Shown here: positions 9,699 through 18,629 of the stretch, in pieces
Layout: each line of letters opens with the position of its first letter
Numbering within the stretch: position 1 is the first letter of the stretch
Source of the DNA: an uncultured Bacilli bacterium
GTDB taxonomy: Bacteria > Bacillota_I > Bacilli_A > RF39 > UBA660
DNA length: 64,000 bases
NCBI GenBank assembly: GCA_947623685.1
Contig: CANQHF010000001.1
Location: 19,619 to 83,618 of the forward strand
Direction of reading: 5' to 3'
Translations under genes and position numbers: made by a program
The notes under the pieces: model-generated
The model's input: only the letters and a program-made list of their open reading frames with translations
Told to the model about the DNA's origin: nothing
Database searches by the model: none

Positions 9699-10880
9699 CT
9701 ATTTATTTTCTATTGCATCAATTGCTGGTAAAGTCTTACCTTCTACGTATTCAAGAGACGCACCACCACCAGTTGAAATATGAGTAAACGAATCTTTATA
9801 TCCAAACCTAATCGCAGCAGCAGCAGAATCCCCGCCACCAATAACAACTATTTTTTTTGATTTTTTTAAAACTTCAAATATACTTTTAGTACCATACTCA
9901 AAATTACTAAATTCTGATACACCAACAGGGCCATTCATAAAAACGGTGTTACAAGAATCAATGTATTTAGAAAATATATCAACGCTTTTAGGCCCGATAT
10001 CAAGAACCATCATATTATCATCCACGTTATCTAATAAATAATAGTTAACCTTAAGATTATCCTCATACTTTGTACTTGCATAACCATCAACTGGTAAAAT
10101 GATTTTACTTGGATACTTCTTAATTAATTCTTTAGCGTGGTTAATACTTTCTTCGTCAATTAAAGACGCTTTTAAATCATAACCCTTGGCGGTTAAAAAA
10201 GTATTTGCTATTCCACCTGCTAACAAAGCATAATCGGATTTTTCAATTAGGTTGTCAATAACTTTTATCTTATCATTCATTTTAGCGCCACCTAAAATAA
10301 CAACAAATGGTCTTTTAGGATTAACTACGCAATCAAGCATCATTAGCTCTTTTTCCACCAAAAATCCAACTGCAGATGGTAAGAATTTAGCAATTCCAAC
10401 ATTTGACGCGTGCGCTCTATGGCATGTTCCAAAGGCATCGTTTATAAATATATCTCCAAGACTAGCCCAGTATCTTGCCAAGTTCTCATCATTAGAACTT
10501 TCTTTTTTAAAAGGATAGTCTTCAAACCTTGTGTTTTCAACTAAAATAACATCTTTAGGTTTCATGTTTTTAACGGCATTTTCTAGCACACTTCCGCGTG
10601 TTTCATTAACAAATTTCACTTCAAAGCCAAGCAAATTAGATAATCTTATGGCAACTGGTAAAAGCGTATTATTTTTTTTATCAGCTTCGCTTTTTATTCT
10701 TCCTAAATGAGATAGAATAATTACTTTTGCATTATTACTAATCGCCCATTTTATCGTTTGTAAACTTTGGATTATTCTATTATCATCCAAGATTTTTCCA
10801 TCTTTAATTGGAACGTTTAAATCACATCTTATTATTACCCTTTTATTATTTAAATCAAAATCTTTGATACTTTTCTTCAT
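9699..10880 (-). CDS. pgk: phosphoglycerate kinase
   Basis: 393 aa with PGK motifs (IRCDLNVP, LENTRFE, GGGDSAAA, STGGGASLE). Confidence 0.9.
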   Translation of the reverse strand: MKKSIKDFDLNNKRVIIRCDLNVPIKDGKILDDNRIIQSLQTIKWAISNNAKVIILSHLGRIKSEADKKNNTLLPVAIRLSNLLGFEVKFVNETRGSVLENAVKNMKPKDVILVENTRFEDYPFKKESSNDENLARYWASLGDIFINDAFGTCHRAHASNVGIAKFLPSAVGFLVEKELMMLDCVVNPKRPFVVILGGAKMNDKIKVIDNLIEKSDYALLAGGIANTFLTAKGYDLKASLIDEESINHAKELIKKYPSKIILPVDGYASTKYEDNLKVNYYLLDNVDDNMMVLDIGPKSVDIFSKYIDSCNTVFMNGPVGVSEFSNFEYGTKSIFEVLKKSKKIVVIGGGDSAAAAIRFGYKDSFTHISTGGGASLEYVEGKTLPAIDAIENK

Positions 10881-10926
10881 CGATAAACCTCCATATAATA
10901 ATTTATAATTAAAAGGAAATGGTATT

Positions 10927-12201
10927 TTATTTTACCGTTACACTTACTTTTGCACTTACGCCATCAGAAGCTGTTGCACTTATCGTTGCAACCCCAGGTT
11001 TAAGTGCTTTTACAACCCCATTTGAAACGCTAGCAACCGATGGATTAGAACTTTTCCAAGAAATATTTTTATTAGTTGCGTTAGTAGGAGAATAACTAAC
11101 TATTAATTTTTTTGATTCACCCTTTTTCAAAGCAAACGAATTAGGGGTTAATGTTATACTTACTAATTTAATATAATTAGATTTTACTACTACCGTTCTT
11201 GTTTTATAATTACTATTGCCGTATGAATCAGTAACAGAATAAGTTATTCGGTAAGTTCCAGCAACTTTGTTATTAACGCTTCCACTTCGGTTAACTAAAG
11301 CCGTTATATCCATTCCTTTGGCATCAAATGCTGAATATCCAGGATCAACCCAGGTTTGCCCTACGTTTATCGTTACGTAAGATTCTCCTTTTAAAATTAT
11401 GTTAGGAGGATCTGATACCTTTTTAGAAGTCGTTTTTTTCTTTGTTACGCTTTGTTTTGCAGTTGTCTGTTTAGCTTTAGTCGTTATTTCAACTTCTTTT
11501 TGAGTAGTCTTTTTAATAACCGTTACCACTCTTTTTTCTTGAGCTTTATTTCCTTTTTTATCACTAACCGTATAATAAATTGTATAAACACCTGCTTTAG
11601 ACACATCAACACTTCCAGTTATTTTTATACTTGAAGTTATATCCCCATCGATATTATCATGGGCTTTAGCGCCTTGTTCATCATATTTTTCGTTCACGTT
11701 AATTGTAATTTGCTTATCACCAATAATGGTTATCACTGGTTTTTCATCATCTTTTTCAGTCTTTTTTTTAGTGGTTACATCACTTATGTATCCCTTTGTT
11801 TCATAGCCATCACACGAAATATATGCATCATAAGTTTCAACTTGCACTTTAGATGCTAAAACGTATCCCTTACATATTTTTACAACCTTAAGTTTACTAG
11901 AATCTATCGCTCCGCCATTTTCCACCAATAATTCTTTTAAATCTATTTTAATTGGTTGATTAGTAAGTTCTATTTCTTTTTGAGATAAATAAGTAGGTGC
12001 TTCTTCTACCATACGAGATTCCAATCTTAAAAAATCTTGGGTAGTAAATTTTTCTTTTTGGTTTTTTGTTTTATTAAGTATAATGATAATTACAACTATT
12101 AAAATAATTAATCCTAACGCTAATAAAATAACCATACCTCTAGTTATTTGAAACTTTGGTTTTACTTCTTCGGTATTATAATCGTCCAATCGTATCACCA
12201 C
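10927..12201 (-). CDS. membrane-anchored surface protein with Ig-like (DUF5011/Big_2) domains
   Basis: N-terminal TM anchor, Lys/Thr-rich linker, and a C-terminal Big_2-like domain (ITLTPNSFALKKGESKKL...ATISATASDG). Confidence 0.55.
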   Translation of the reverse strand: MVIRLDDYNTEEVKPKFQITRGMVILLALGLIILIVVIIIILNKTKNQKEKFTTQDFLRLESRMVEEAPTYLSQKEIELTNQPIKIDLKELLVENGGAIDSSKLKVVKICKGYVLASKVQVETYDAYISCDGYETKGYISDVTTKKKTEKDDEKPVITIIGDKQITINVNEKYDEQGAKAHDNIDGDITSSIKITGSVDVSKAGVYTIYYTVSDKKGNKAQEKRVVTVIKKTTQKEVEITTKAKQTTAKQSVTKKKTTSKKVSDPPNIILKGESYVTINVGQTWVDPGYSAFDAKGMDITALVNRSGSVNNKVAGTYRITYSVTDSYGNSNYKTRTVVVKSNYIKLVSITLTPNSFALKKGESKKLIVSYSPTNATNKNISWKSSNPSVASVSNGVVKALKPGVATISATASDGVSAKVSVTVK

Positions 12202-12351
12202 TTTCTATCTTACTTAAACATTATAACACGTATAACACCATTTAGTAAATGAAAGAAATTTACATACTTTAAAACTTTTAATATTTATTTAATTTCTAAA
12301 TAAAAAAATTTAACAAACAAGAAGTTTATTAAATTTTTTTCTCTACTTATT

Positions 12352-13359
12352 TTATTTACTTGCAAAATACTTAGCACATCTTACCATTTGAGAAGAATAA
12401 CCCATTTCGTTATCATACCAAGCAACAACCTTAACTAACTGCTTACCATCAACTTCAACAATGTTAGTTAATAAGCCATCTACTAATGCTCCACATTCCA
12501 TACCAATTATATCACTTGATACGATTGGATCTTCCGTATATTTAATGGTTTCACTTTGATTTTGTCTAAATAATTCATTTATTTCATCTTTAGTAACGTT
12601 TTTCTTTAACTCAAGTGTTAAATCAATAACCGAGCCAGTCGTAACCGGAACTCTCATCGCCGTTCCGTCTAATTTTCCTACGAGTTCTGGAATTACAAGC
12701 CCAATTGCGCTTGCTGCTCCAGTTGACGAAGGAACGATGTTTGCTGCTGCCGCTCTACCACGTCTTTTCATATGACCTTTTTTATGAGCAACATCAAGGG
12801 TTGCTTGATCATTAGTATAAGCGTGCACGGTGGTCATAAATCCTTTTTCAACACCATAATTATCACATAAAAGTTTCATAACTGGTGCAAGACAATTAGT
12901 CGTACAACTTGCCGCACTAATTACTTTTTCATCACCAACTAAACTATTTTGATTAACGTTATAAACAATTGTTTTTAAATCCCCCGTAGCTGGAGCGGAA
13001 ATAATTACTTTTTTAGCACCAGCTTCTATATGAGCCCAAGCTTTTTGCTTGCTAGTAAAAAAACCAGTACACTCAAAAACAACGTCTATTTGTAAATTAC
13101 CCCAAGGCAAGGTGCTTGGATCCTGCTCGCTATAAATTCTTATTTTCTTACCATTTATTATTATGTTTTCATCATCATTTGTTATCTCATCCGTTTTATA
13201 CCTTCTATGAGACGTATCATATTTAAGCAAATAAGCTAATTGGGCAGAATCCGTTAAATCATTTATTGCAACAACATCAAACGATGGATCTTCTTGCATT
13301 ATCCTAAAAACTAGCCTACCAATTCTACCAAAACCATTAATTGCAACTCTAATTGCCAT
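12352..13359 (-). CDS. gap: glyceraldehyde-3-phosphate dehydrogenase
   Basis: 335 aa with NGFGRIGR Rossmann motif and [10 protein letters not shown] catalytic motif. Confidence 0.9.
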   Translation of the reverse strand: MAIRVAINGFGRIGRLVFRIMQEDPSFDVVAINDLTDSAQLAYLLKYDTSHRRYKTDEITNDDENIIINGKKIRIYSEQDPSTLPWGNLQIDVVFECTGFFTSKQKAWAHIEAGAKKVIISAPATGDLKTIVYNVNQNSLVGDEKVISAASCTTNCLAPVMKLLCDNYGVEKGFMTTVHAYTNDQATLDVAHKKGHMKRRGRAAAANIVPSSTGAASAIGLVIPELVGKLDGTAMRVPVTTGSVIDLTLELKKNVTKDEINELFRQNQSETIKYTEDPIVSSDIIGMECGALVDGLLTNIVEVDGKQLVKVVAWYDNEMGYSSQMVRCAKYFASK

Positions 13360-13390
13360 ATAATCACTCTCCTATTATATATTGTACCAT

Positions 13391-15049
13391 TTATAAATCT
13401 TTAAAACAACTTTCTCCGATAAACTCCCTTATAATAGAATCCTTAGGAACATCATCACTTGGAATACCTAAAATCATTCTAAAAATATTTATTAATCTTA
13501 TTGCTTCTTCATAGTTTTCGTCATCTTCTAAAACGGAAAACAAAAGTGGTTCTGCATAAGTTTTCAAAACTCCAAGCTCATAAACCAAAGTAGTGTTAAA
13601 TATTGCATCCGCTTCGTTCATATAAGGAAGAATCATCTCTTCTTCGGTTTTTCTTACCTTTTTCCACCTTTTTAATGTATCAGATGCTGATGAAGCCCTT
13701 GTTTTACTATCCCTTACAATTCTTCTTAATAATCTATTATCGGTTGACTTAAAGAAATTATGATTATCAATGTTTAAAGGTGTTAAAGGGCAAATAAACA
13801 ATTTGAACTTATTTTTTTCTGGAATCATTTCCGTTAACTTCTCATTAAAAGCATGAATGCCTTCGATAACCAAAATACTTTTATCTTCCATTCTAACCTT
13901 ATTTTTTTCATTAAGCTCTTGCTTTCCATCAACAAAATTAAACCTAGGAAGAACAACTTCATTACCATTTAAAAGTTCAGATACCTTTTTATTAAATAAA
14001 TTCGTATCAAAGGCTTCAATCTTTTCTATTTCTGGATTGCCATTTTCATCTAATACCCTATCTTTCATATCAGTATAAAAATCATCTACTGATATTGTAA
14101 TTGGATCAAAACCCTTACTTTTTAAATATAAAGATAATTTTTTTGAAACTGTTGTTTTACCCGAAGACGAAGGCCCCGTTATAAGAACCATTTTAATATC
14201 TTTGTTTTTTGTTATTTTATCTACGATGCTAAATAAATTATTATTTGAAATGGTTTCTGATATTCTTATTACTTCATCATACGCACCATTTGAAATACTT
14301 TTATTTAACTCTACCGATGTGTTTATCTTAATATTTTCTAAAAACTTTGACTGGTAATCAACTTGGGATAATAATTCTTCATTTTTTTGATAATTTAATT
14401 TTTCATCTTCTAAAAAAGTAAGTGGCGGGATTAAAATAACTTTATTTTCTTTTATATACTTAAGATTAAATTTATTTATATATTTAGTATTACATGGTAA
14501 AACTCCATAAAAATAATCTAAAGTATCATCTAATTTATATAAACTTATGTTTGAATTACTAATAAACCTTAAAGACTCGGCCTTATCAATTTGATTAACC
14601 CTTGCAAAATAATCAATCGCATCTAATCTAGAAACCATTATTTTAGTAATTGGCAAAGCATCTATAGAAAGCTCTCTTATTCTTATTTTTATTTTTTCAA
14701 CCGTTACTTCCGATATTAAGTTATTTGTTAAAATCTCACAATAAATACCTTTATCAACATAATACATTAATTTTACATCAGCATTTAATACGTCCTTTAC
14801 GGCTTTTATGAAAACAAAAAACAAGCCCCTGATATATGTTTTTTTTCCAAAACGTGAACTAACGGTAAAAAAATCAACGTCAGAGTTTTTATTAACTTTA
14901 GTATCCAAACCAACTAATCTGTTATTTAACGTTGCCACGATTATTTCATCTTTATATTCACTTTTAAAATCCTTTGAAACATCTAAAAGGCATACCCCTT
15001 TTTCATATTCATATTGTTTATCTTTATATTTAATTTTAATAGTATCCAT
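13391..15049 (-). CDS. TGS-domain/uridine kinase-family fusion protein (nucleoside kinase-like)
   Basis: N-terminal TGS-like domain and a central P-loop (ITGPSSSGKTT) of the uridine kinase/PRK family; 552 aa. Confidence 0.55.
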   Translation of the reverse strand: MDTIKIKYKDKQYEYEKGVCLLDVSKDFKSEYKDEIIVATLNNRLVGLDTKVNKNSDVDFFTVSSRFGKKTYIRGLFFVFIKAVKDVLNADVKLMYYVDKGIYCEILTNNLISEVTVEKIKIRIRELSIDALPITKIMVSRLDAIDYFARVNQIDKAESLRFISNSNISLYKLDDTLDYFYGVLPCNTKYINKFNLKYIKENKVILIPPLTFLEDEKLNYQKNEELLSQVDYQSKFLENIKINTSVELNKSISNGAYDEVIRISETISNNNLFSIVDKITKNKDIKMVLITGPSSSGKTTVSKKLSLYLKSKGFDPITISVDDFYTDMKDRVLDENGNPEIEKIEAFDTNLFNKKVSELLNGNEVVLPRFNFVDGKQELNEKNKVRMEDKSILVIEGIHAFNEKLTEMIPEKNKFKLFICPLTPLNIDNHNFFKSTDNRLLRRIVRDSKTRASSASDTLKRWKKVRKTEEEMILPYMNEADAIFNTTLVYELGVLKTYAEPLLFSVLEDDENYEEAIRLINIFRMILGIPSDDVPKDSIIREFIGESCFKDL

Positions 15050-15154
15050 AGCATCACCTTTTATTCTAATAATATTCTATCAAAAATGAAGAAAAAAGTC
15101 ACAATATTTTAATAATAAATACAAATATACTATACATAATATTATTGAGGTGAG

Positions 15155-15730
15155 TTGAAAATGAATTTAATACCATATGTTATTGAAAAAACTTATAATG
15201 GTGAACGTTCTTATGACATATATTCAAGATTACTTAAAGATAGAATAATTTTTATTGGTGGGCAAATAGATGATGAACTTGCTAACACCATAATAAGTGA
15301 GCTTTTATTTTTAGATTCAAAATCAAACGATGAAATAAGTATTTATATAAATAGTCCAGGTGGTAGCATAACATCAGGTATGGCCATATATGACACTATG
15401 AACTACGTAAAAAGTCCAATATCAACAATATGTGTTGGAATGGCAGCATCAATGGCATCGTTACTTTTAGCAAGCGGAGATAAAGGAAAAAGATACATTC
15501 TACCCAATAGCGAAGTAATGATTCACCAACCATTAGGAGGAGTAAATGGTCAAGCAACCGAAATAAAAATAGTCGCAGATAGAATTCTTTACTTAAGAGA
15601 AAAACTAAATAAAATACTTTCAGAAAAAACAAATCAAGATATTAAAAAAATAGAAATAGACACCGAAAGAGACCATTATCTAAACGCTAAAGAAGCTTTA
15701 GAATATGGATTAGTTGATAAAATATTATAA
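15155..15730 (+). CDS. clpP: ATP-dependent Clp protease proteolytic subunit
   Basis: 191 aa with the ClpP catalytic triad context ([14 protein letters not shown]). Confidence 0.95.
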   Translation: MKMNLIPYVIEKTYNGERSYDIYSRLLKDRIIFIGGQIDDELANTIISELLFLDSKSNDEISIYINSPGGSITSGMAIYDTMNYVKSPISTICVGMAASMASLLLASGDKGKRYILPNSEVMIHQPLGGVNGQATEIKIVADRILYLREKLNKILSEKTNQDIKKIEIDTERDHYLNAKEALEYGLVDKIL

Positions 15731-15745
15731 ATTTTACATAAAAAA

Positions 15746-15795
15746 ATTGATATGAAACTATTTTAAAATAATAGTTAAATCATATCAATTTTTTG
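15746..15795. terminator. Bidirectional rho-independent terminator (clpP / family gene 15852-16514)
   Basis: Long hairpin ATTGATATG...CATATCAAT with a palindromic loop, then TTTTTT; it sits between convergent genes. Confidence 0.55.
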
Positions 15796-15851
15796 CATAT
15801 ATAACGATTGTATTTTATTATAAATTATATTTTTTATTCATATATGTAATA

Positions 15852-16514
15852 CTATGAATCAGTTGTACTATACGTCAATGTTATATCTCCAAATGATACG
15901 TCGAAGTCGCCGTCTGCAAGTGGAGGATTATCAAGGTGACGTGCATAAGCCGTCCATACATAAATTTTTTCTGATGCTCCTTTTGCTAATGGATGATTAG
16001 TTACAGTTTTCGTGCTTCCTACACTATATAAAGGATTATTACTTGTTACATCATCACCTAAACTTATGGTTAATGCTATCTTTTTACAAACTTCATCTAC
16101 TAAAGTTTGTGATGTGCCTTGTTTTGCAGTACATGTTTTTTTACCAAACTCAATTTTCTTTAAATATGCTACGTAACTTCCTTCATTTCTTACGTAAAAT
16201 GTATATGAAGCAGAAGAATCTGGCTTTTTAAACGTTACTTTTATTCCAGTTATTTGTGGATGTAATGGATCAGTATTATTTATCGTTGCGGGTGTTGCAG
16301 TAGCATTAAGACTTCCTGGCGTAATAGTATTAGTTTGAAGGCTATCTTTTGAACTTGAAAACAAAACTTTAAAGTTTGATGGATCTGGGGTTACCGTTGC
16401 TCCTTGTTTTATTATTAGGTTATTAGAAAATACTGAAAATCCTATTGATAAGCTTACTACCACTGCAAGTAAACATAGTATTATTATAACTTTGTTATTA
16501 TTTCTCTTGTGCAT
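15852..16514 (-). CDS. Secreted protein, phase-variable paralog family (dispersed copy)
   Basis: 220 aa. N-terminus K-rich + hydrophobic + SIGFSVFSNNL...TVTPDPSNFKVLFSSS, and C-terminus DGDFDVSFGDITLTYSTTDS, both shared with 40722-43079. Preceded by the poly-G promoter module. Confidence 0.75.
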   Translation of the reverse strand: MHKRNNNKVIIILCLLAVVVSLSIGFSVFSNNLIIKQGATVTPDPSNFKVLFSSSKDSLQTNTITPGSLNATATPATINNTDPLHPQITGIKVTFKKPDSSASYTFYVRNEGSYVAYLKKIEFGKKTCTAKQGTSQTLVDEVCKKIALTISLGDDVTSNNPLYSVGSTKTVTNHPLAKGASEKIYVWTAYARHLDNPPLADGDFDVSFGDITLTYSTTDS

Positions 16515-16539
16515 AACATCATCTTTCTTTCATTTCCTA

Positions 16540-16596
16540 TGTTTATAATATCATATACCCCCCCCCGGTCAAGTTTTTGAAACAATTGTGGAAAAC
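16540..16596 (-). promoter_or_regulatory. Family promoter module with G9 tract in the -35/-10 spacer
   Basis: Minus strand reads GTTTTCCACAATTGTTTCAAAAAC-TTGACC-G9-TATATGA-TATTATAAAC; C tract at 16558-16566. Confidence 0.6.
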
Positions 16597-17123
16597 TATT
16601 TTTTCTTATCTATAAATGTTTTTGTACAATCAAATAAAAATAGAAAGCTTAACAAAATCGTTACCCAAATAGGTATTTTTTTAATTAATCCTTCTAATAA
16701 AGGATTGACCACATAAATAAAAATAACACTTACAACTCCCCATACCAAAGTCATTTCTAAAGATATGTAATGACCTATGTGAAACTTTTGTGATGAATAA
16801 TCCCAAAATACTTCACCAAATATCTTTTCAATTAATACACCACCTAAAGCTTCTAATGTAGATAATACTATTGAAACAACAAAAAACATTATAATTGTTT
16901 CCAAAAATCTATGCATATGCAAATTTTTAAATAAATATTTTGACACAAATAAAATCGTTACGGCACCTATTCCATAAACCGGTGTCCACCAACCATATAA
17001 AAAGCCACTTTTAAAACCATTTTTAGTTATTAAAGCGGTTATTGTTTCTAATAAATGGCCAATTATTGAATATATAAAAAAACAATTTACATAATACATA
17101 ACATCACCATAAATATTATGCAT
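16596..17123 (-). CDS. hypothetical polytopic membrane protein
   Basis: 175 aa with 4-5 predicted TM helices, no confident family; the start may be an internal Met. Confidence 0.35.
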   Translation of the reverse strand: MHNIYGDVMYYVNCFFIYSIIGHLLETITALITKNGFKSGFLYGWWTPVYGIGAVTILFVSKYLFKNLHMHRFLETIIMFFVVSIVLSTLEALGGVLIEKIFGEVFWDYSSQKFHIGHYISLEMTLVWGVVSVIFIYVVNPLLEGLIKKIPIWVTILLSFLFLFDCTKTFIDKKK

Positions 17124-17148
17124 TATTAAATTGTTTTTTATTCTGTTT

Positions 17149-18558
17149 TTATTTTATTTTCCAAGTCGTTGTTTCTTTAGTATCCATTATTTCAACGTTC
17201 ATTTTTAACAATTCATCTCTTATTTTATCAGCTGTTTCATAATCTTTATTTAACTTCGCAATTTTTCTTTTTTCTATTTTATCCATAATAATTTTTGATA
17301 ATTCATCATCAACCATCTCATCATCTTGTTTTAATAAATCAAGCGACAAAACCTTATCAAATGAATTTATTAAAGCAAGTTTTGTTGAATCATTTAATTG
17401 TTCATCTTTTATCACATCATATAAAACAGTTAAAGCGCTTGATGTGTTCATATCATCATTTATACTTGAAATAAATTTTTCATTATATAAATCATATTTT
17501 TCTTTAGAAACTTCCTTTTCATCTTTATTTAACTTGGAAATCTTTTGTTTTAATTTTTTATATGTTTGTTCTATGTTATCTAGATTTTCAAAAGTAAAAA
17601 TAAGTTGCTTACGATAATGTGATTGTAAACACATTAAACGATATGATAAAGGATTATAACCTTTTTCTTCTAAAGTAGAAAGCGTTAAAAAGTCCCCGTT
17701 ACTTTTACTCATCTTTCCGTTTTTATCATTTAAATGTTCACAATGTACCCAATAGTTACACCATTTATGACCTAAATAACTTTCGGATTGAGCAATTTCA
17801 TTGGTATGATGTGGAAATATATTATCAACCCCACCACAATGGATATCTAAATACTCTCCGCAATGCTTCATACTAATGCAAGAACACTCAATATGCCATC
17901 CAGGATATCCTAATCCCCAAGGTGATTCCCATTTTAATTCTTGATCAGAAAACTTTGATTTTGTAAACCATAAAACAAAGTCTGCTTGATTACGTTTATT
18001 ATCATCATTTTCTACTCCTTGGCGAGCTCCAACAACCATTTCATCTTCTTTATGATTTGTTAAAACGTAATAATCATTTAATTTTGTTGTATCAAAATAA
18101 ACATTTCCACCAGATACATACGCAAAACCCTTTGATAATAAACCTTCGATTAACTTAATATACTCTGGTATTAAATTAGTTGCAGGTTCAATTGTTTCTG
18201 GCTTTTTAATATTTAGTTTTTCACAATCTTTAAAAAAGGCATCAGTATAAAACTTGGCAATATCAAGAACCGTTTTATGTTGTTTTTCGGCACTTTTTAC
18301 CATCTTATCATCGCCACTATCAGAATCACTAGATAAATGTCCTACGTCAGTTATGTTCATAACTCTATTTACTTCATAACCATTATAAAGTAAAGTTTTT
18401 TCTAAAATATCTTCCATTATGTAACTTCTTAAATTACCAATGTGTGCATAATGATAAACCGTTGGCCCGCAAGTATACATATTAACAAAGCCTTTTTTGT
18501 TAGGTACAAATTCTTCAACCTTTTTAGTAAGCGTATTATATATTTTCATAATATACAC
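17149..18558 (-). CDS. cysS: cysteine--tRNA ligase
   Basis: 469 aa class I aaRS with HIGN(LRSY) HIGH-type motif, KMSKS, and the zinc-binding Cys/His of CysRS. Confidence 0.9.
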   Translation of the reverse strand: MYIMKIYNTLTKKVEEFVPNKKGFVNMYTCGPTVYHYAHIGNLRSYIMEDILEKTLLYNGYEVNRVMNITDVGHLSSDSDSGDDKMVKSAEKQHKTVLDIAKFYTDAFFKDCEKLNIKKPETIEPATNLIPEYIKLIEGLLSKGFAYVSGGNVYFDTTKLNDYYVLTNHKEDEMVVGARQGVENDDNKRNQADFVLWFTKSKFSDQELKWESPWGLGYPGWHIECSCISMKHCGEYLDIHCGGVDNIFPHHTNEIAQSESYLGHKWCNYWVHCEHLNDKNGKMSKSNGDFLTLSTLEEKGYNPLSYRLMCLQSHYRKQLIFTFENLDNIEQTYKKLKQKISKLNKDEKEVSKEKYDLYNEKFISSINDDMNTSSALTVLYDVIKDEQLNDSTKLALINSFDKVLSLDLLKQDDEMVDDELSKIIMDKIEKRKIAKLNKDYETADKIRDELLKMNVEIMDTKETTTWKIK

Positions 18559-18629
18559 TTTCCTTTCTTATTAAATAATAATCAATATAAGTATATTATA
18601 CAATAAATAAAAAAAGAAAAAAAGTGGTA

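Noticed and set aside
15050-15154. CtsR operator (tandem GGTCAAA heptads) upstream of clpP
   Set aside because: Only a loose AGTCACAAT is present, and no direct heptad repeat was found. CtsR regulation cannot be claimed from sequence.
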